From Actinobacteria bacterium UBA7524 (GTDB lineage Bacteria; Actinomycetota; Coriobacteriia; Anaerosomatales; UBA912), in the NCBI GenBank assembly GCA_002478275.1, contig DLMY01000054.1:1-60671 (forward strand): DNA of 60,671 nucleotides. Direction: 5' to 3'. Below are positions 39,332 to 49,435 of this stretch, piece after piece (positions within the stretch are counted from its first letter, which is position 1; every line of letters starts with the position of its first letter). A program made the position numbers and the translations under genes. Below the pieces are notes generated by a model. It ran no database searches. It was given only the letters and a program-made list of their open reading frames with translations, and had not been told where the DNA came from.

Positions 39332-39742
39332 TCAGGCGCCGCCCTCCACACCCCTCAAGCGCTCCTGCCGACGATCGAAAGCGGCGCGCTCTTTGGCGAT
39401 TGCCGGGCCGTTGTCGACGCTCCATGCTGCCAGCACTTGCAGCGGGCCTAGCAGCGTCTCGCCCCGTTGCGTCAGTCCGTACTCGACGGTCAGCGGGACC
39501 GTTGGGGTCGCCTTGCGCCACACCAGACCGTCGCGCTCGAGCTGCCTGACTGTCTTGGTGAGCATCCGTTGCGAGATGCCCCCGCATCGGCGGTGGAGCT
39601 CGTTGAAGCGCAGCTGACCGTCGCCCAGGTTCACGACGACGAGCACGCTCCACGTGTCGCCCACGCGATCGAGGATCTCACGAACCGGGCAGTCCTCCGC
39701 GTAGGGGCCAGGATTGGGGTGCAGTGCACGTCGGTCTGCCAT
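39332..39742 (-). CDS. HxlR-family regulator
   Basis: CPVREILDRVGDTWS, RFNEL, ISQRMLT and VEYGLT. Confidence 0.9.
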   Translation of the reverse strand: MADRRALHPNPGPYAEDCPVREILDRVGDTWSVLVVVNLGDGQLRFNELHRRCGGISQRMLTKTVRQLERDGLVWRKATPTVPLTVEYGLTQRGETLLGPLQVLAAWSVDNGPAIAKERAAFDRRQERLRGVEGGA

Positions 39743-39888
39743 CGGACGGTTACCTCCGTGTGCCTTGGGCGCGATGAAGTGCCTTCTTGCGCCACCGCGC
39801 ACTGAGGATAGGGTAGTTCCCATGAGTAAGCAACGTCTCATGCGGAACCGCCTTGCGGCTAGATAGACGCATCAACGAGGAGGACAAC

Positions 39889-40734
39889 ATGATCGTGGTC
39901 ACCGGCGCGACAGGGCAATTGGGGCGACAAGTGGTCGAGCAACTGAAGGAGATGGTCCCACTATCGACCATCACAGCAAGCGTGCGTGATCCGGAGAAGG
40001 CGGCAGACATGGCCGCTGCCGGTATCGAGGTGCGGAAGTCCGACTTCACCGATCACGACTCGATGGTGCGAGCGTTCACTGGTGCGGACAAGGTCCTCAT
40101 CATCTCGACACGTGGTTCCGATGTCGTGGCAGAGCACCTCGGAGCCGTTGCGGCCGCCGCAGCTGCGGCCGTCCCCCACGTCGTGTATACGAGCGGTACT
40201 CAGGCCGAGGGGACCACCACGGCAAGCGTGCACAAGCAGACGGAAGATGCGATCCGTTCCGCCGGCATGACGTACACACTCCTGCGAAACAACCTGTACG
40301 CCGACGTGCTGGTCCGAGAAGTCCTCGGAGCGATCGAAGCAGGCGTGCTTAGCTCACCTGCGGGAGATGGAAGGGTGGGCGCAGTCACCCGCGGCGATTG
40401 CGCGGCTGTCGCAGCCAGCGTGCTCGCAACATCCGGGCATGAGGACCGGATCTACGACATAACCGGACCGGATTCCATCGGATGGCTTGACCTAGCCGCA
40501 GTCGCGTCCGAAGTAGCCGGGCACGTCATCCCCTACGCTCCCGTCTCCTTGGACGAGCTCGCAGGAGGACCCAACGCTGTGATGGCCGACTACTACCGCG
40601 GCATATCCCGAGGGGGATACGACATCGTCAGCGATGCGGTACTCGAGATCACGGGAAGGCCGCCCGTCTCGGCGGTTACGTTCGTCCGGCGGACAATCCG
40701 AGAAGCACTCGCGCATCGCGTCACGGGAGTCTGA
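39889..40734 (+). CDS. NmrA/QorB-like NAD(P)H oxidoreductase
   Basis: IVVTGATGQLG Rossmann motif, LRNNLY and YDITGP; divergent from HxlR. Confidence 0.88.
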   Translation: MIVVTGATGQLGRQVVEQLKEMVPLSTITASVRDPEKAADMAAAGIEVRKSDFTDHDSMVRAFTGADKVLIISTRGSDVVAEHLGAVAAAAAAAVPHVVYTSGTQAEGTTTASVHKQTEDAIRSAGMTYTLLRNNLYADVLVREVLGAIEAGVLSSPAGDGRVGAVTRGDCAAVAASVLATSGHEDRIYDITGPDSIGWLDLAAVASEVAGHVIPYAPVSLDELAGGPNAVMADYYRGISRGGYDIVSDAVLEITGRPPVSAVTFVRRTIREALAHRVTGV

Positions 40735-40814
40735 CTGCTGAACGTCTTGTCGTTGCGGCCGTCTGATCACGGATACGCGCACTTGAGAGCGGGCGGACAC
40801 GCTCTAGTACTAGA

Positions 40815-40846
40815 CAGCCCCGGCACCTTCTCGGTGACCGGGGCTG
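40815..40846. terminator. intergenic hairpin between convergent genes
   Basis: cagccccgg-cacc / ggtg-a-ccggggctg stem. Confidence 0.55.
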
Positions 40847-41021
40847 CATCAAATCTTCCCAGCGGGGAGCAGGGACTGAAGCCCTGGCTACGCGGGATGC
40901 CCTCCTGAGGCTTGCCTCTAGCCTGTGAATGCGAAGGTGGTGAGCTGTCCTTGCGTGTGCGCCAAGTGCCAGCAGCGGGCTGATGCGGAGGCCATCGACT
41001 GCTCTTGTCCGAATCTCTCCC

Positions 41022-43400
41022 CTACTCGCTCCTCAGCGCCTCCACCGGGTCCTTGTCGGCCGCCATCCGCGCGGGGATCGCTCCGCCGACGAGCGTGAGG
41101 GCCACGCTTATCGCTACGAGAACCAACGCGTACAGGACGGGCAGCTGCGACACCTCCGCGAGGCCGGTCATGTTCTCGATGACCGTGTTGGTGGGGATCG
41201 TGAGGATGTAGGCGATGCCTATGCCGAGCAGTCCGGAGACCACGCCGATGATGAAGGTCTCGGCGGTGAAGACGCGGGTGATGTCCTTCTTCCGCGCTCC
41301 GAGCGCCCGCAGGACACCGATCTCCTTTGTGCGCTCCAGGACCGAGATGTACGTGATGATGCTGATCATGATCAGCGACACCACGAGCGAGATCGCGGCG
41401 AAAGCGACGAGCACGAGGGTGATGCCGTCCATGATCCCGCCGGTCATCTCGGTGACAGAACTCGCGAGGTCGGTGTAGATCACGGCGTCCACCTCGTCGA
41501 GCCCGACGTTATAGTCGTCGAGGTACGCCAGAACGGCCTCCTTCGATTCGAAGTCCGTCGGGTAGAGGAACATCATGAGCGGCACACTCTCGCCGCCGAG
41601 GTAGGCGAGGTTCATGCTCTTCTGGCCCTCGTCGACCGCCTCGAGCGTGATCACGTTGTAGTCGGCGCTCTCCTGGGCCTGCACGATGGCCGAGTCGGCA
41701 GCGTTATCGGTGACGAGTTGCACCAGCCTGTCGCTGTACGCGATGCCGTTACCCACGAGTCCGATCGCAACGTCGGGCTTGAGGCGCACGACGCCGGAGA
41801 TCCGCAGCGTGGTGCTTTTCTCCGAGTCGTACATGGCGTCGTAGTCGGTGCCCGGGACGAAGTTCCCCATCGGAGTCTTGGTGTAGTAGTAGTCGTTATC
41901 GATGAGCTTCAGCTCCACTCCGACGAGCTCATCGAAGGGGATCTCATCGGCGGCCTCGACATCGAATCCCAGCTTCTCGAACACCGCGCGGTCGATGCGG
42001 TTCATGTTGTCGACCACCAGGACCAGATCGGTCATCCCGGTGGGATACTCTCCGGAAAGCAGGTCGTAGTTCTCCTCGAGGTACGGGGTGGAGGCACTGT
42101 CTAGCGGCTCGGGGTAGGAGCTGAGACCGACACCGCTCATGCTCGATAGATCTCCCGCGCCGGGGGACATGGACTGCATGCCGTCCGGGCTCGTGGTGCC
42201 GATCGAGATCGACGCGGGCACGATCTCCCCATCGTCCTCGCGCAGCAGGTTCATCCCCACCATACGAAGATAGCCGACACCATTGCAGACAGCCGGATCG
42301 ATCGCCTGCACGTACTCGACGTACTCGTCGGTGATGACGTTGACGTGGGCGATCGTCTCGTCTGCCGGATCGTAGAGGGCGACCTCCCGGGTATCGGCGT
42401 ACTCGATCTCGCCCATCAGGCGGGACGCCGGCAACTCGCCGCGCATCTCATCCATGGTCTCCGCGTCCATCTCCATCGAGGTCGGTGCGATGATCACCGG
42501 GAACTCGGAGAGCGCGTCGTTCTGGAACTGATCGACCTGCACCCCGAAGCCGTTCGAGAGGCTGAGTATGAGGGCGATGCCGATGATGCCGATGCTCGAA
42601 GCCAGTGCGGTGAGGGCAGTGCGCCACTTCTTGGTGGAGATGTTCCGTCCCGAGAGCTTGAGCGCCGTGAGGAAGCTCATGCTGGTCTTCTTGAGCTGGT
42701 AGCCACGTTCACCTCGCTCGGCCCGCGTGGGATTGCTGTCGGAGATCACGTGACCGTCCTGGAACTTCACGATGCGATCGGCGTACTCCTCGGCCAGCTC
42801 CGGGTTGTGGGTCACCATGATCACCAGCTTGTCGGCAGCGATCTCCTTGATCAGATCGAGGACCTGGGCACTGGTTACGGTATCGAGGGCGCCGGTGGGC
42901 TCGTCGGCGAGGATGATGTCGGGGTCGTTAGCGAGCGCGCGGGCGATGGCGACACGCTGCATCTGCCCACCGGACAGCTGGTTCGGCTTCTTGTGGATGT
43001 GGTCTGAGAGGCCCACCCGCTCGAGCGCTTCCACTGCCTTCGCGTGCCTCTCCGCGGCCGGAACACCACTCAGGGTCAGACCCATCTCGACGTTGTCGAC
43101 GACACTCAGGTGAGTGATGAGGTTGTAGGTCTGGAAGACGAAGCCGACGCTGTTGTTGCGATACGCATCCCACTCCCAGTCCGCGAAGTCCTTGGTTGAC
43201 TTGCCGTTGATGACCAGGTCGCCACTGTCGTACTTGTCGAGCCCGCCGATGAGGTTGAGGAACGTGGTCTTGCCGGAGCCGCTCGGGCCCAGGACAGCAA
43301 CGAACTCGGTCTTCCCGAATTCCAGGCTGACGTCATCGAGCGCGATCTGTGTGAAGTCTCCGGTCGTGTAGCTCTTGGAGACGTTGTTCACCTGCAGCAT
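41022..43400 (-). CDS. MacB-like fused ABC ATPase/permease
   Basis: [24 protein letters not shown] and C-terminal FtsX-like [14 protein letters not shown]. Confidence 0.93.
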   Translation of the reverse strand: MLQVNNVSKSYTTGDFTQIALDDVSLEFGKTEFVAVLGPSGSGKTTFLNLIGGLDKYDSGDLVINGKSTKDFADWEWDAYRNNSVGFVFQTYNLITHLSVVDNVEMGLTLSGVPAAERHAKAVEALERVGLSDHIHKKPNQLSGGQMQRVAIARALANDPDIILADEPTGALDTVTSAQVLDLIKEIAADKLVIMVTHNPELAEEYADRIVKFQDGHVISDSNPTRAERGERGYQLKKTSMSFLTALKLSGRNISTKKWRTALTALASSIGIIGIALILSLSNGFGVQVDQFQNDALSEFPVIIAPTSMEMDAETMDEMRGELPASRLMGEIEYADTREVALYDPADETIAHVNVITDEYVEYVQAIDPAVCNGVGYLRMVGMNLLREDDGEIVPASISIGTTSPDGMQSMSPGAGDLSSMSGVGLSSYPEPLDSASTPYLEENYDLLSGEYPTGMTDLVLVVDNMNRIDRAVFEKLGFDVEAADEIPFDELVGVELKLIDNDYYYTKTPMGNFVPGTDYDAMYDSEKSTTLRISGVVRLKPDVAIGLVGNGIAYSDRLVQLVTDNAADSAIVQAQESADYNVITLEAVDEGQKSMNLAYLGGESVPLMMFLYPTDFESKEAVLAYLDDYNVGLDEVDAVIYTDLASSVTEMTGGIMDGITLVLVAFAAISLVVSLIMISIITYISVLERTKEIGVLRALGARKKDITRVFTAETFIIGVVSGLLGIGIAYILTIPTNTVIENMTGLAEVSQLPVLYALVLVAISVALTLVGGAIPARMAADKDPVEALRSE

Positions 43401-43450
43401 GTTGTGGTTCCTTCCGATTGTGCGCACGATTATCGAGAAATGGCCTCAGA

Positions 43451-43918
43451 TCAGCGATCCATGTCGGCCAGCGCTGCCACGAGCGCGCGCTGGATGCGCA
43501 GAAGCGTGGCGACGTCTTCCGTGGGAAGTGATGACAGGAGTCGACGTGCAAGCTCGCGCCGAGGGGCCATAGCATCCCGGAGGGTGCGGGCGCCTTCATC
43601 CGTAATCGAGATAATGGCCACACGTCGGTCATGTTCGTCTCGACTGCGCAGCACAAGACCTTCGGCCTCGAGCGACTCTATGAGCGAGGAGGTCGCCGGA
43701 GCCTTGATCCCGAGGAGCCGGGCGAGCTCGCCGGCCCTCTTCTCGCCCTCCTCAGAGAGAACGTGTAGCAGGAGGAGTCGTGGTCCGTCGACAGGGGGGG
43801 CGGGATCGACCCGCTCGCACTGCGCGACGAACAGACGGCCCATCATGATCACATTGGCCGACAGCTCATCGAGCAGTTCGTCGGAGATGGATTCGATGAG
43901 TTCGGGCGAGGTAGACAT
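43451..43918 (-). CDS. MarR-family regulator
   Basis: ELARLLG...LEAEGLV...DRRVAIISITDEG. Confidence 0.88.
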   Translation of the reverse strand: MSTSPELIESISDELLDELSANVIMMGRLFVAQCERVDPAPPVDGPRLLLLHVLSEEGEKRAGELARLLGIKAPATSSLIESLEAEGLVLRSRDEHDRRVAIISITDEGARTLRDAMAPRRELARRLLSSLPTEDVATLLRIQRALVAALADMDR

Positions 43919-44280
43919 GGATACTCTTTCGATTGTCGAATCATTCGAGTATCGAACTATGTGTGCCCAATCCCCGCATGTCAATGGTATGGACATGCTG
44001 AAGGCATCAGCAGACCCCCACCCTCCCCACGCGGGAGACACCCAGGCTTCGGGACCGGAGACCGGATCCGACTCCCAAACGCACGCAGCCTCAACCTCCC
44101 CTATTGGGTGGTCGGACCCCGCTTGCGCTGGGGAGTGCTCGCGAAACGGTCGCTGCAGGCCCGGCCGTTAGACTGCGACGCCAGCGATCCTATCGCCACA
44201 ACGGCCTTCGCCTTCACGGACTCGTGCGCGGGCAGCTGCAGACGCTTGACTCAGCGCAAACGAGACGGTAATCTCCAACT

Positions 44281-44300
44281 TACTTACCGGTCGGTAAGTA
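44281..44300. promoter_or_regulatory. candidate TetR operator
   Basis: perfect palindrome tacttaccg-gt-cggtaagta upstream of the TetR gene. Confidence 0.75.
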
Positions 44301-44309
44301 TTCGATTCG

Positions 44310-44948
44310 ATGAGCCAGGAGGTACGTCGAGCAATGGAGGCAACGAGCGACCGACAGATCGGCGCCCTTCGAGATACACGCCAGCAGATCCTCGATGTGG
44401 CGCGATACCTGTTCTCTGATTGCAGCTACCTCGGCGTGTCGATGAAGGACATCTCGCAGCGTCTAGGAATCACGAAGGCAGCCCTTTACTACCACTTCTC
44501 CAGCAAGAGGGACATCTACGTGACGGTCCTCGACGAGGTCCTGGTAGACCTGCGCGCGGGCCTGTGCACCGAGCGCCTGGACGAGCCCGCAGAGGAACAA
44601 CTCCGGCGCATGGTCAAGGATTATATGGAATTCGGGATGCGCGAGAGAAACCTCGTCAACGCTCTGATGCTTAAGCTCTCCCCTGCTGAGACCGAACTGC
44701 GTCAGTTCGTCGTCTCCTCGAGAGAACAGTTGATCGAACTGTTCCGACCAGCCATCGAGGGTGTCTTCGCACTGAGACGTTCACGGCCGGGTGTCGATGG
44801 CCGACTCCTGGCGACGATGCTCGTTGCGATGATGGATGGGCTCGTCTTGGAGCACTCCTACTTCAAGAAAGCACTCGATCCGGATGCCGTCTCGGGCCAG
44901 ATCGTCTCGGTTCTTGGACTCGATGCCGCCCCCTCGGTGAGCGCGTAG
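44310..44948 (+). CDS. TetR/AcrR-family regulator
   Basis: TRQQILDVA...ISQRLGITKAALYYHFSSK; start may be 44334. Confidence 0.92.
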   Translation: MSQEVRRAMEATSDRQIGALRDTRQQILDVARYLFSDCSYLGVSMKDISQRLGITKAALYYHFSSKRDIYVTVLDEVLVDLRAGLCTERLDEPAEEQLRRMVKDYMEFGMRERNLVNALMLKLSPAETELRQFVVSSREQLIELFRPAIEGVFALRRSRPGVDGRLLATMLVAMMDGLVLEHSYFKKALDPDAVSGQIVSVLGLDAAPSVSA

Positions 44949-45074
44949 TTCACCAGACCCGGAGGATCAACCGACCGTCCCCTACGGCGCATGTCACCCC
45001 GGCGCGCATCCGATCGGCTGGTCCTCCGGAGTCACCAACGACAGGTGCCTACGCAGAAGATGTGAGGGAACCCG

Positions 45075-45989
45075 ATGGCCGCACGGCTCGGATTGGCACT
45101 TGGTAGCGGAAGCGCACGAGGCCTCGCGCAGATCGGTGTGCTCAAGGTGCTGGACCGCGCCGGCATCGAAGTCGGCGCTATTGCCGGAACCAGCATCGGC
45201 GCACTCATTGGCGGCGCGTACGCGGCGGGGGTCTCACCTCTCGAGATGGAGAGACTCGCCCTGTCAGTGGACATGAAACGTCTCGTTTCGCTTGCAGACA
45301 TCGCTCGGCCGACCACCGCCTTCGTCAACGGAGCGCGAGTGGGGGATTTCATCCGTGACCTGGTAGGCGGCAAGACCTTCTCCGATCTCAGTATTCCCTT
45401 CGAGTGCGTGGCCGTTGACGTGGCCGACGGGCAGGTGGTCGTGTTGCGCGAGGGGGATCTCGCAAGCGCTATCAGAGCCAGCGTGTCGACACCCGTCATC
45501 TTCGCTCCCGTTGAGCGCGCCGGGCGCCTACTCGTGGACGGCGCAGTGCTCAACCCCGTTCCCGTCGACGTTGTGTGGGACATGGGGGCGGACACGGTGG
45601 TTGCGGTCACCAATCTGGGCATCCCCAGAAGTGCGGTCCTGACCTTCTCAAACGATTTGCCCGAAGGTGCGATCGAAGTCGGCTGGGTCAAGCGCGCGGG
45701 CCTCCCGGAGATCGTCTACTCCCGGGTCTTCGCCGCAGTCATGGACACGCTGCGCTCGCCTTCCGTCTTCCAGCTGGCTAGTGGCTCGATCGACCTGATG
45801 CAACGTGAGTTGTCCGAAGCACGACTCGGAGTCGCAGACCTGGTTATCGCGCCCCGAATCGACGACGTCGCGTACTACAGCTTCTACGAGGCCGAGAAGA
45901 TGATCGCCGCGGGTGAGAAGGCCGCCGAGGCCGCTGTCGATGACATCAGAGCGCTGGTGTCAGCGCGAGCGCCTTCACTGGTGAACTGA
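45075..45989 (+). CDS. patatin-like phospholipase
   Basis: GSGSARG, GTSIG and VDGA motifs. Confidence 0.92.
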   Translation: MAARLGLALGSGSARGLAQIGVLKVLDRAGIEVGAIAGTSIGALIGGAYAAGVSPLEMERLALSVDMKRLVSLADIARPTTAFVNGARVGDFIRDLVGGKTFSDLSIPFECVAVDVADGQVVVLREGDLASAIRASVSTPVIFAPVERAGRLLVDGAVLNPVPVDVVWDMGADTVVAVTNLGIPRSAVLTFSNDLPEGAIEVGWVKRAGLPEIVYSRVFAAVMDTLRSPSVFQLASGSIDLMQRELSEARLGVADLVIAPRIDDVAYYSFYEAEKMIAAGEKAAEAAVDDIRALVSARAPSLVN

Positions 45990-46037
45990 TGCTCTCGGCA
46001 TTCCCGGCCACCACGACTGACTTGAAGGAGGTGCACC

Positions 46038-46916
46038 GTGTACGACGCCCTGCTGATCACCGATTCCGGTTGTGACCTGCCGCGCGAGGCCCTTGAGGAA
46101 GCGGGCATAGAACTCCTGTACCTGCCCTTCTCTCTCGATAGCGATGAGCGACCCGACGAGGTGGAGCAGGGCCTCTCACCCGACGCATTCTACGACGCAC
46201 TTCGCGCCGGTGCCCGGTCGACCACCTCGCAAGTACGTTCACCGGACTGCGAGGCAGCCTTTCGGCGAGCGCATGACGCCGGCAAGGCGGCGATCCTGGT
46301 CACGATCTCCTCTGGTCTCAGTGCCTCGCACGATACAGCGCTCATGGCACGAGAGCGGTTCTTGCAGGAATTCCCTGATGCTCGGATACACGTCGTCGAT
46401 TCGCTCTCCGTCTCTGCCGGGCAGGGTCTGCTTGTGATGGAGATGGCCAGGAAGCTGGCTGACGGCGCATCGGCCGACACACTGGTCGAATGGGCAGAAG
46501 GCAACCGCCTGCGAGTCAACGCGGTGTTCACAGTCGACTCCTACGAGTACCTGGTGCGCGGAGGAAGGGTATCGCCCGCGGTCGCCGCTACGGGCTCGGT
46601 GCTCAACGTAAAGCCGGTGTTCCACGTTGATGCCGAAGGCCGGCTTGCCCCGTTCATGAGGGTCAGGGGGAGGCGACGCGCACTCTCGGCGCTGACCGAG
46701 GCGACTGCCGAACGGATCACCAGCCCCGGTGAGCAGACCGTCATCGTCAACCACGCACAGTGCCCTGAGGACGCAGATGCACTCGTCCGCATGGTCCAGG
46801 AACGCGTCGTTGTACAAGCGGTAAGGATCGGCCGCGTCGGAGTCATCATCGGCACGCACGTAGGTCCGAGCGGACTGGTTCTGGCCTTCTGGGGAAGGCC
46901 TCGGACCAACTCATGA
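46038..46916 (+). CDS. DegV/FakB-family fatty-acid-binding protein
   Basis: ITDSGCDL, TTSQ, ISSGLS, VVDS and GTHVGP. Confidence 0.92.
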   Translation: MYDALLITDSGCDLPREALEEAGIELLYLPFSLDSDERPDEVEQGLSPDAFYDALRAGARSTTSQVRSPDCEAAFRRAHDAGKAAILVTISSGLSASHDTALMARERFLQEFPDARIHVVDSLSVSAGQGLLVMEMARKLADGASADTLVEWAEGNRLRVNAVFTVDSYEYLVRGGRVSPAVAATGSVLNVKPVFHVDAEGRLAPFMRVRGRRRALSALTEATAERITSPGEQTVIVNHAQCPEDADALVRMVQERVVVQAVRIGRVGVIIGTHVGPSGLVLAFWGRPRTNS

Positions 46917-47030
46917 GTCACGTCGCAAGTACGGGAGCGGCGAAATGCCGAAGGGACTGCCAGGGCAAGTGATGGGGGCGGCTCGGCCACTTTGTGGAGG
47001 TTGTGCCCCGCGAGACCGGAAGGACATCGA

Positions 47031-48692
47031 ATGGATAGCCTGAAAGCACTTCAGCACCGCACCACCGACAAAGCTGCGGCACGAAGCTTGGCTGCGATCG
47101 GCAAACTGGTGGCCGATGCCCCTGAAGAGCACCTCCCGCGGATTGCAGGGATCGTCAGAGTGCTGGCCGCAACAGAAGCTGACCGGGTGCGCGCCGCGAA
47201 GCTGCAGCACTACTTCGAGGATGCGAGGTACGCCGATCCGCAGCCGATGCCCATGCAGATCCTGCATCGCGTTATCGACGCGACGGCACCGACATGCAGG
47301 ACCCGGCTCATCACCAATCTGGTCTTGTGGATGCGCGAAGGAGTACCCCGGCGCATGGCAGCGCAGACGAAGATAGGTACTTCGCCGATGGTTCTTCTGC
47401 TGAGTCCGTCGATGCGCTGCAATCTCCGTTGTACCGGATGCTATGCGGCCGAGTACGATCGAGACGATGATCTGCCGATGGAGATCATTGAACAGGTCGT
47501 TGCCGAGGCGCGGGCCATTGGAACGTATGCGATCACGATACTGGGCGGAGAGCCCTTCATCCGACCCGATATCCTAGATCTCTTCGATCGCTTTCCGGAC
47601 ATGACCTTCCAGGTATTCACGAACGGTGGCCTCATCACCAACAGAGTGGCAACGCGTCTCGCGAGCGCGGGCAATGTCATCGTGTGCTTCAGCGTGGACG
47701 GTTTCGAGGCGGACCACGACGCCCGCAGAGGAGCAGGTTCACTCCGGAGTGCCGAGCGCGGGATGGAGGCCCTGCGAACGGCGGGCGTTCCGTTCGGCTT
47801 CTCCACGATGGTCACACGCAACAACTACCTTGACGTAACGAGTGACGAGTTCACCGACTACCTTATCGAACAGGGCTGCTTATGGGGCTGGCACTTCCTG
47901 TACATGCCTGTGGGCGAGAACCCCGACCTCAGTCTGATGCCCACACCGGAGCAGCGCGAGTATCTGCGAACCGACGGCGCAGCGAGTATCCGGACGAGGA
48001 AGCCCCTCTTCGTGATGGACTTCTGGAACGATGCTCCCTACGTGGGTGGCTGCATCGCCGCGGGTCGCGAGTACCTGCATATCAACTCGAACGGCGACGT
48101 CGAACCGTGCATCTTCACGCACTTTGCGGTCGACAACATCAAGGACAAGACCTTGTCCGACGCACTCGGATCGGCCTTCTTCACCGCCATTCGTGACCGT
48201 CAGCCGTACAGCGAGAACCTCCTGCGCCCGTGCATGCTCATCGACAACACGAGCGTGGCGCGAGAGGTCGTTCATGAAACCTGCGCTCGTCCCACGCACC
48301 GGGACGCAGACCTGCTGCTCTCCACGTTGGCCGAGGGCCTGGACGCCTACGCTGCGGAGTACAAGGGCATTGCGGACCGCGCGTGGACCACTGTCGACGG
48401 CTCGGTCCCGGCGATGGAGGTGAGCAGACAGGCACCGCCCGCGCCTGCGGGCATCATATCGCTGCTTTTCGAGTCTCGGGACACGCTGTCACGCGACGAG
48501 CTCCTGGAGATCCTCCGAAGCGCTGGGATGGCGGCCGAAGACGTGAGGGCCTTCGAAACCCTCGCACCAGGAGACTACACTCGAGAGACTATCGCGCCGG
48601 CGGTCGACCTGCTCGCATGCACCCTCGGACGCCGCATGGACTACATCATGTCCGAGCACGTCGACACGGCCTGGGGCGCGAAGCGATTGTAG
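47031..48692 (+). CDS. radical SAM/SPASM protein, paralogue B, with C-terminal extension
   Basis: CNLRCTGC and DFWNDAPYVGGCIAAGREYLHINSNGDVEPCIF; clearly similar to 30072-31496. Confidence 0.9.
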   Translation: MDSLKALQHRTTDKAAARSLAAIGKLVADAPEEHLPRIAGIVRVLAATEADRVRAAKLQHYFEDARYADPQPMPMQILHRVIDATAPTCRTRLITNLVLWMREGVPRRMAAQTKIGTSPMVLLLSPSMRCNLRCTGCYAAEYDRDDDLPMEIIEQVVAEARAIGTYAITILGGEPFIRPDILDLFDRFPDMTFQVFTNGGLITNRVATRLASAGNVIVCFSVDGFEADHDARRGAGSLRSAERGMEALRTAGVPFGFSTMVTRNNYLDVTSDEFTDYLIEQGCLWGWHFLYMPVGENPDLSLMPTPEQREYLRTDGAASIRTRKPLFVMDFWNDAPYVGGCIAAGREYLHINSNGDVEPCIFTHFAVDNIKDKTLSDALGSAFFTAIRDRQPYSENLLRPCMLIDNTSVAREVVHETCARPTHRDADLLLSTLAEGLDAYAAEYKGIADRAWTTVDGSVPAMEVSRQAPPAPAGIISLLFESRDTLSRDELLEILRSAGMAAEDVRAFETLAPGDYTRETIAPAVDLLACTLGRRMDYIMSEHVDTAWGAKRL

Positions 48693-48818
48693 CTGTTGCG
48701 CCTACACCGTGCGTTGCGATGGACGAAGCCCTCAGTTGCGCTTCCAGGTGCCGAAGCCATCGGGGCGGTACCCACGCAGCGCACCAGCAGCGACGGGAAG
48801 CGGGCAGACGCGAAAGAT

Positions 48819-48844
48819 GCCCCGGGCCCGTCGGGGCCCGGGGC
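48819..48844. terminator. GC-rich hairpin
   Basis: gccccgggccc-gtcg-gggcccggggc. Confidence 0.55.
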
Positions 48845-48974
48845 GACACGCTCATCGCAGCCCCGGGGGTAAGGGGTAGCGGGAGCCTCGAGGGAACGTG
48901 CGCCCGTCTCCGGCATGAAGCGGCACACAGAGTCTCACCGTATGAGGGCTGCGAAACAGGAAGTCAGTCTGTCC

Positions 48975-49015
48975 GGTCCGGGTGCCGCCCCGAATCGCAG
49001 GACGGCACCCGGACC
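48975..49015 (-). terminator. hairpin after the AOR operon
   Basis: ggtccgggtgccg/cggcacccggacc, 13-bp arms. Confidence 0.6.
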
Positions 49016-49021
49016 TTCGGT

Positions 49022-49435
49022 CTACTCGCTAGCCGTCTCGACCATCAATGCCTCGTACTGCGACATCCGCTCCTTGAACAGTGGCTGGATGGCCTCGATC
49101 TTCTCCTCGTAGCTCACGTCTTCGGCGAGACACTCCGCCACGGCATCGGCAAGCGCACGGTCGCCGATGACGTTGCCAAGCCAGGCGACGAGTCTGGCCG
49201 TGTCGACGTATGCGATTCCTGCTCGCGAGCCATCTAGGAGCAGCCTGTCCCATCGAGTACCGAACAGATGAAGCACCGCGTGGGGCAGGTTGTACACGTC
49301 GACGTTCTCGGTGCCCGTCGCCGGGTTCATCTTGCTGATGGTGAGTCGCTCAGCCCAACTGAGTTCCCGCATCGCCCGCTCCGCGAGCTCAGCATCCGGC
49401 TGGGCGAACAGCTCTTCAGCTTCATGCTCGACCAT
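49022..49435 (-). CDS. hypothetical protein, last gene of the AOR operon
   Basis: TAATG overlap with the AOR stop; acidic 137-aa ORF. Confidence 0.75.
   Translation of the reverse strand: MVEHEAEELFAQPDAELAERAMRELSWAERLTISKMNPATGTENVDVYNLPHAVLHLFGTRWDRLLLDGSRAGIAYVDTARLVAWLGNVIGDRALADAVAECLAEDVSYEEKIEAIQPLFKERMSQYEALMVETASE

Noticed and set aside
40852..40900. Degenerate tRNA-end or att remnant
   Set aside because: Resemblance is weak, with no TTCGA or CCA match.
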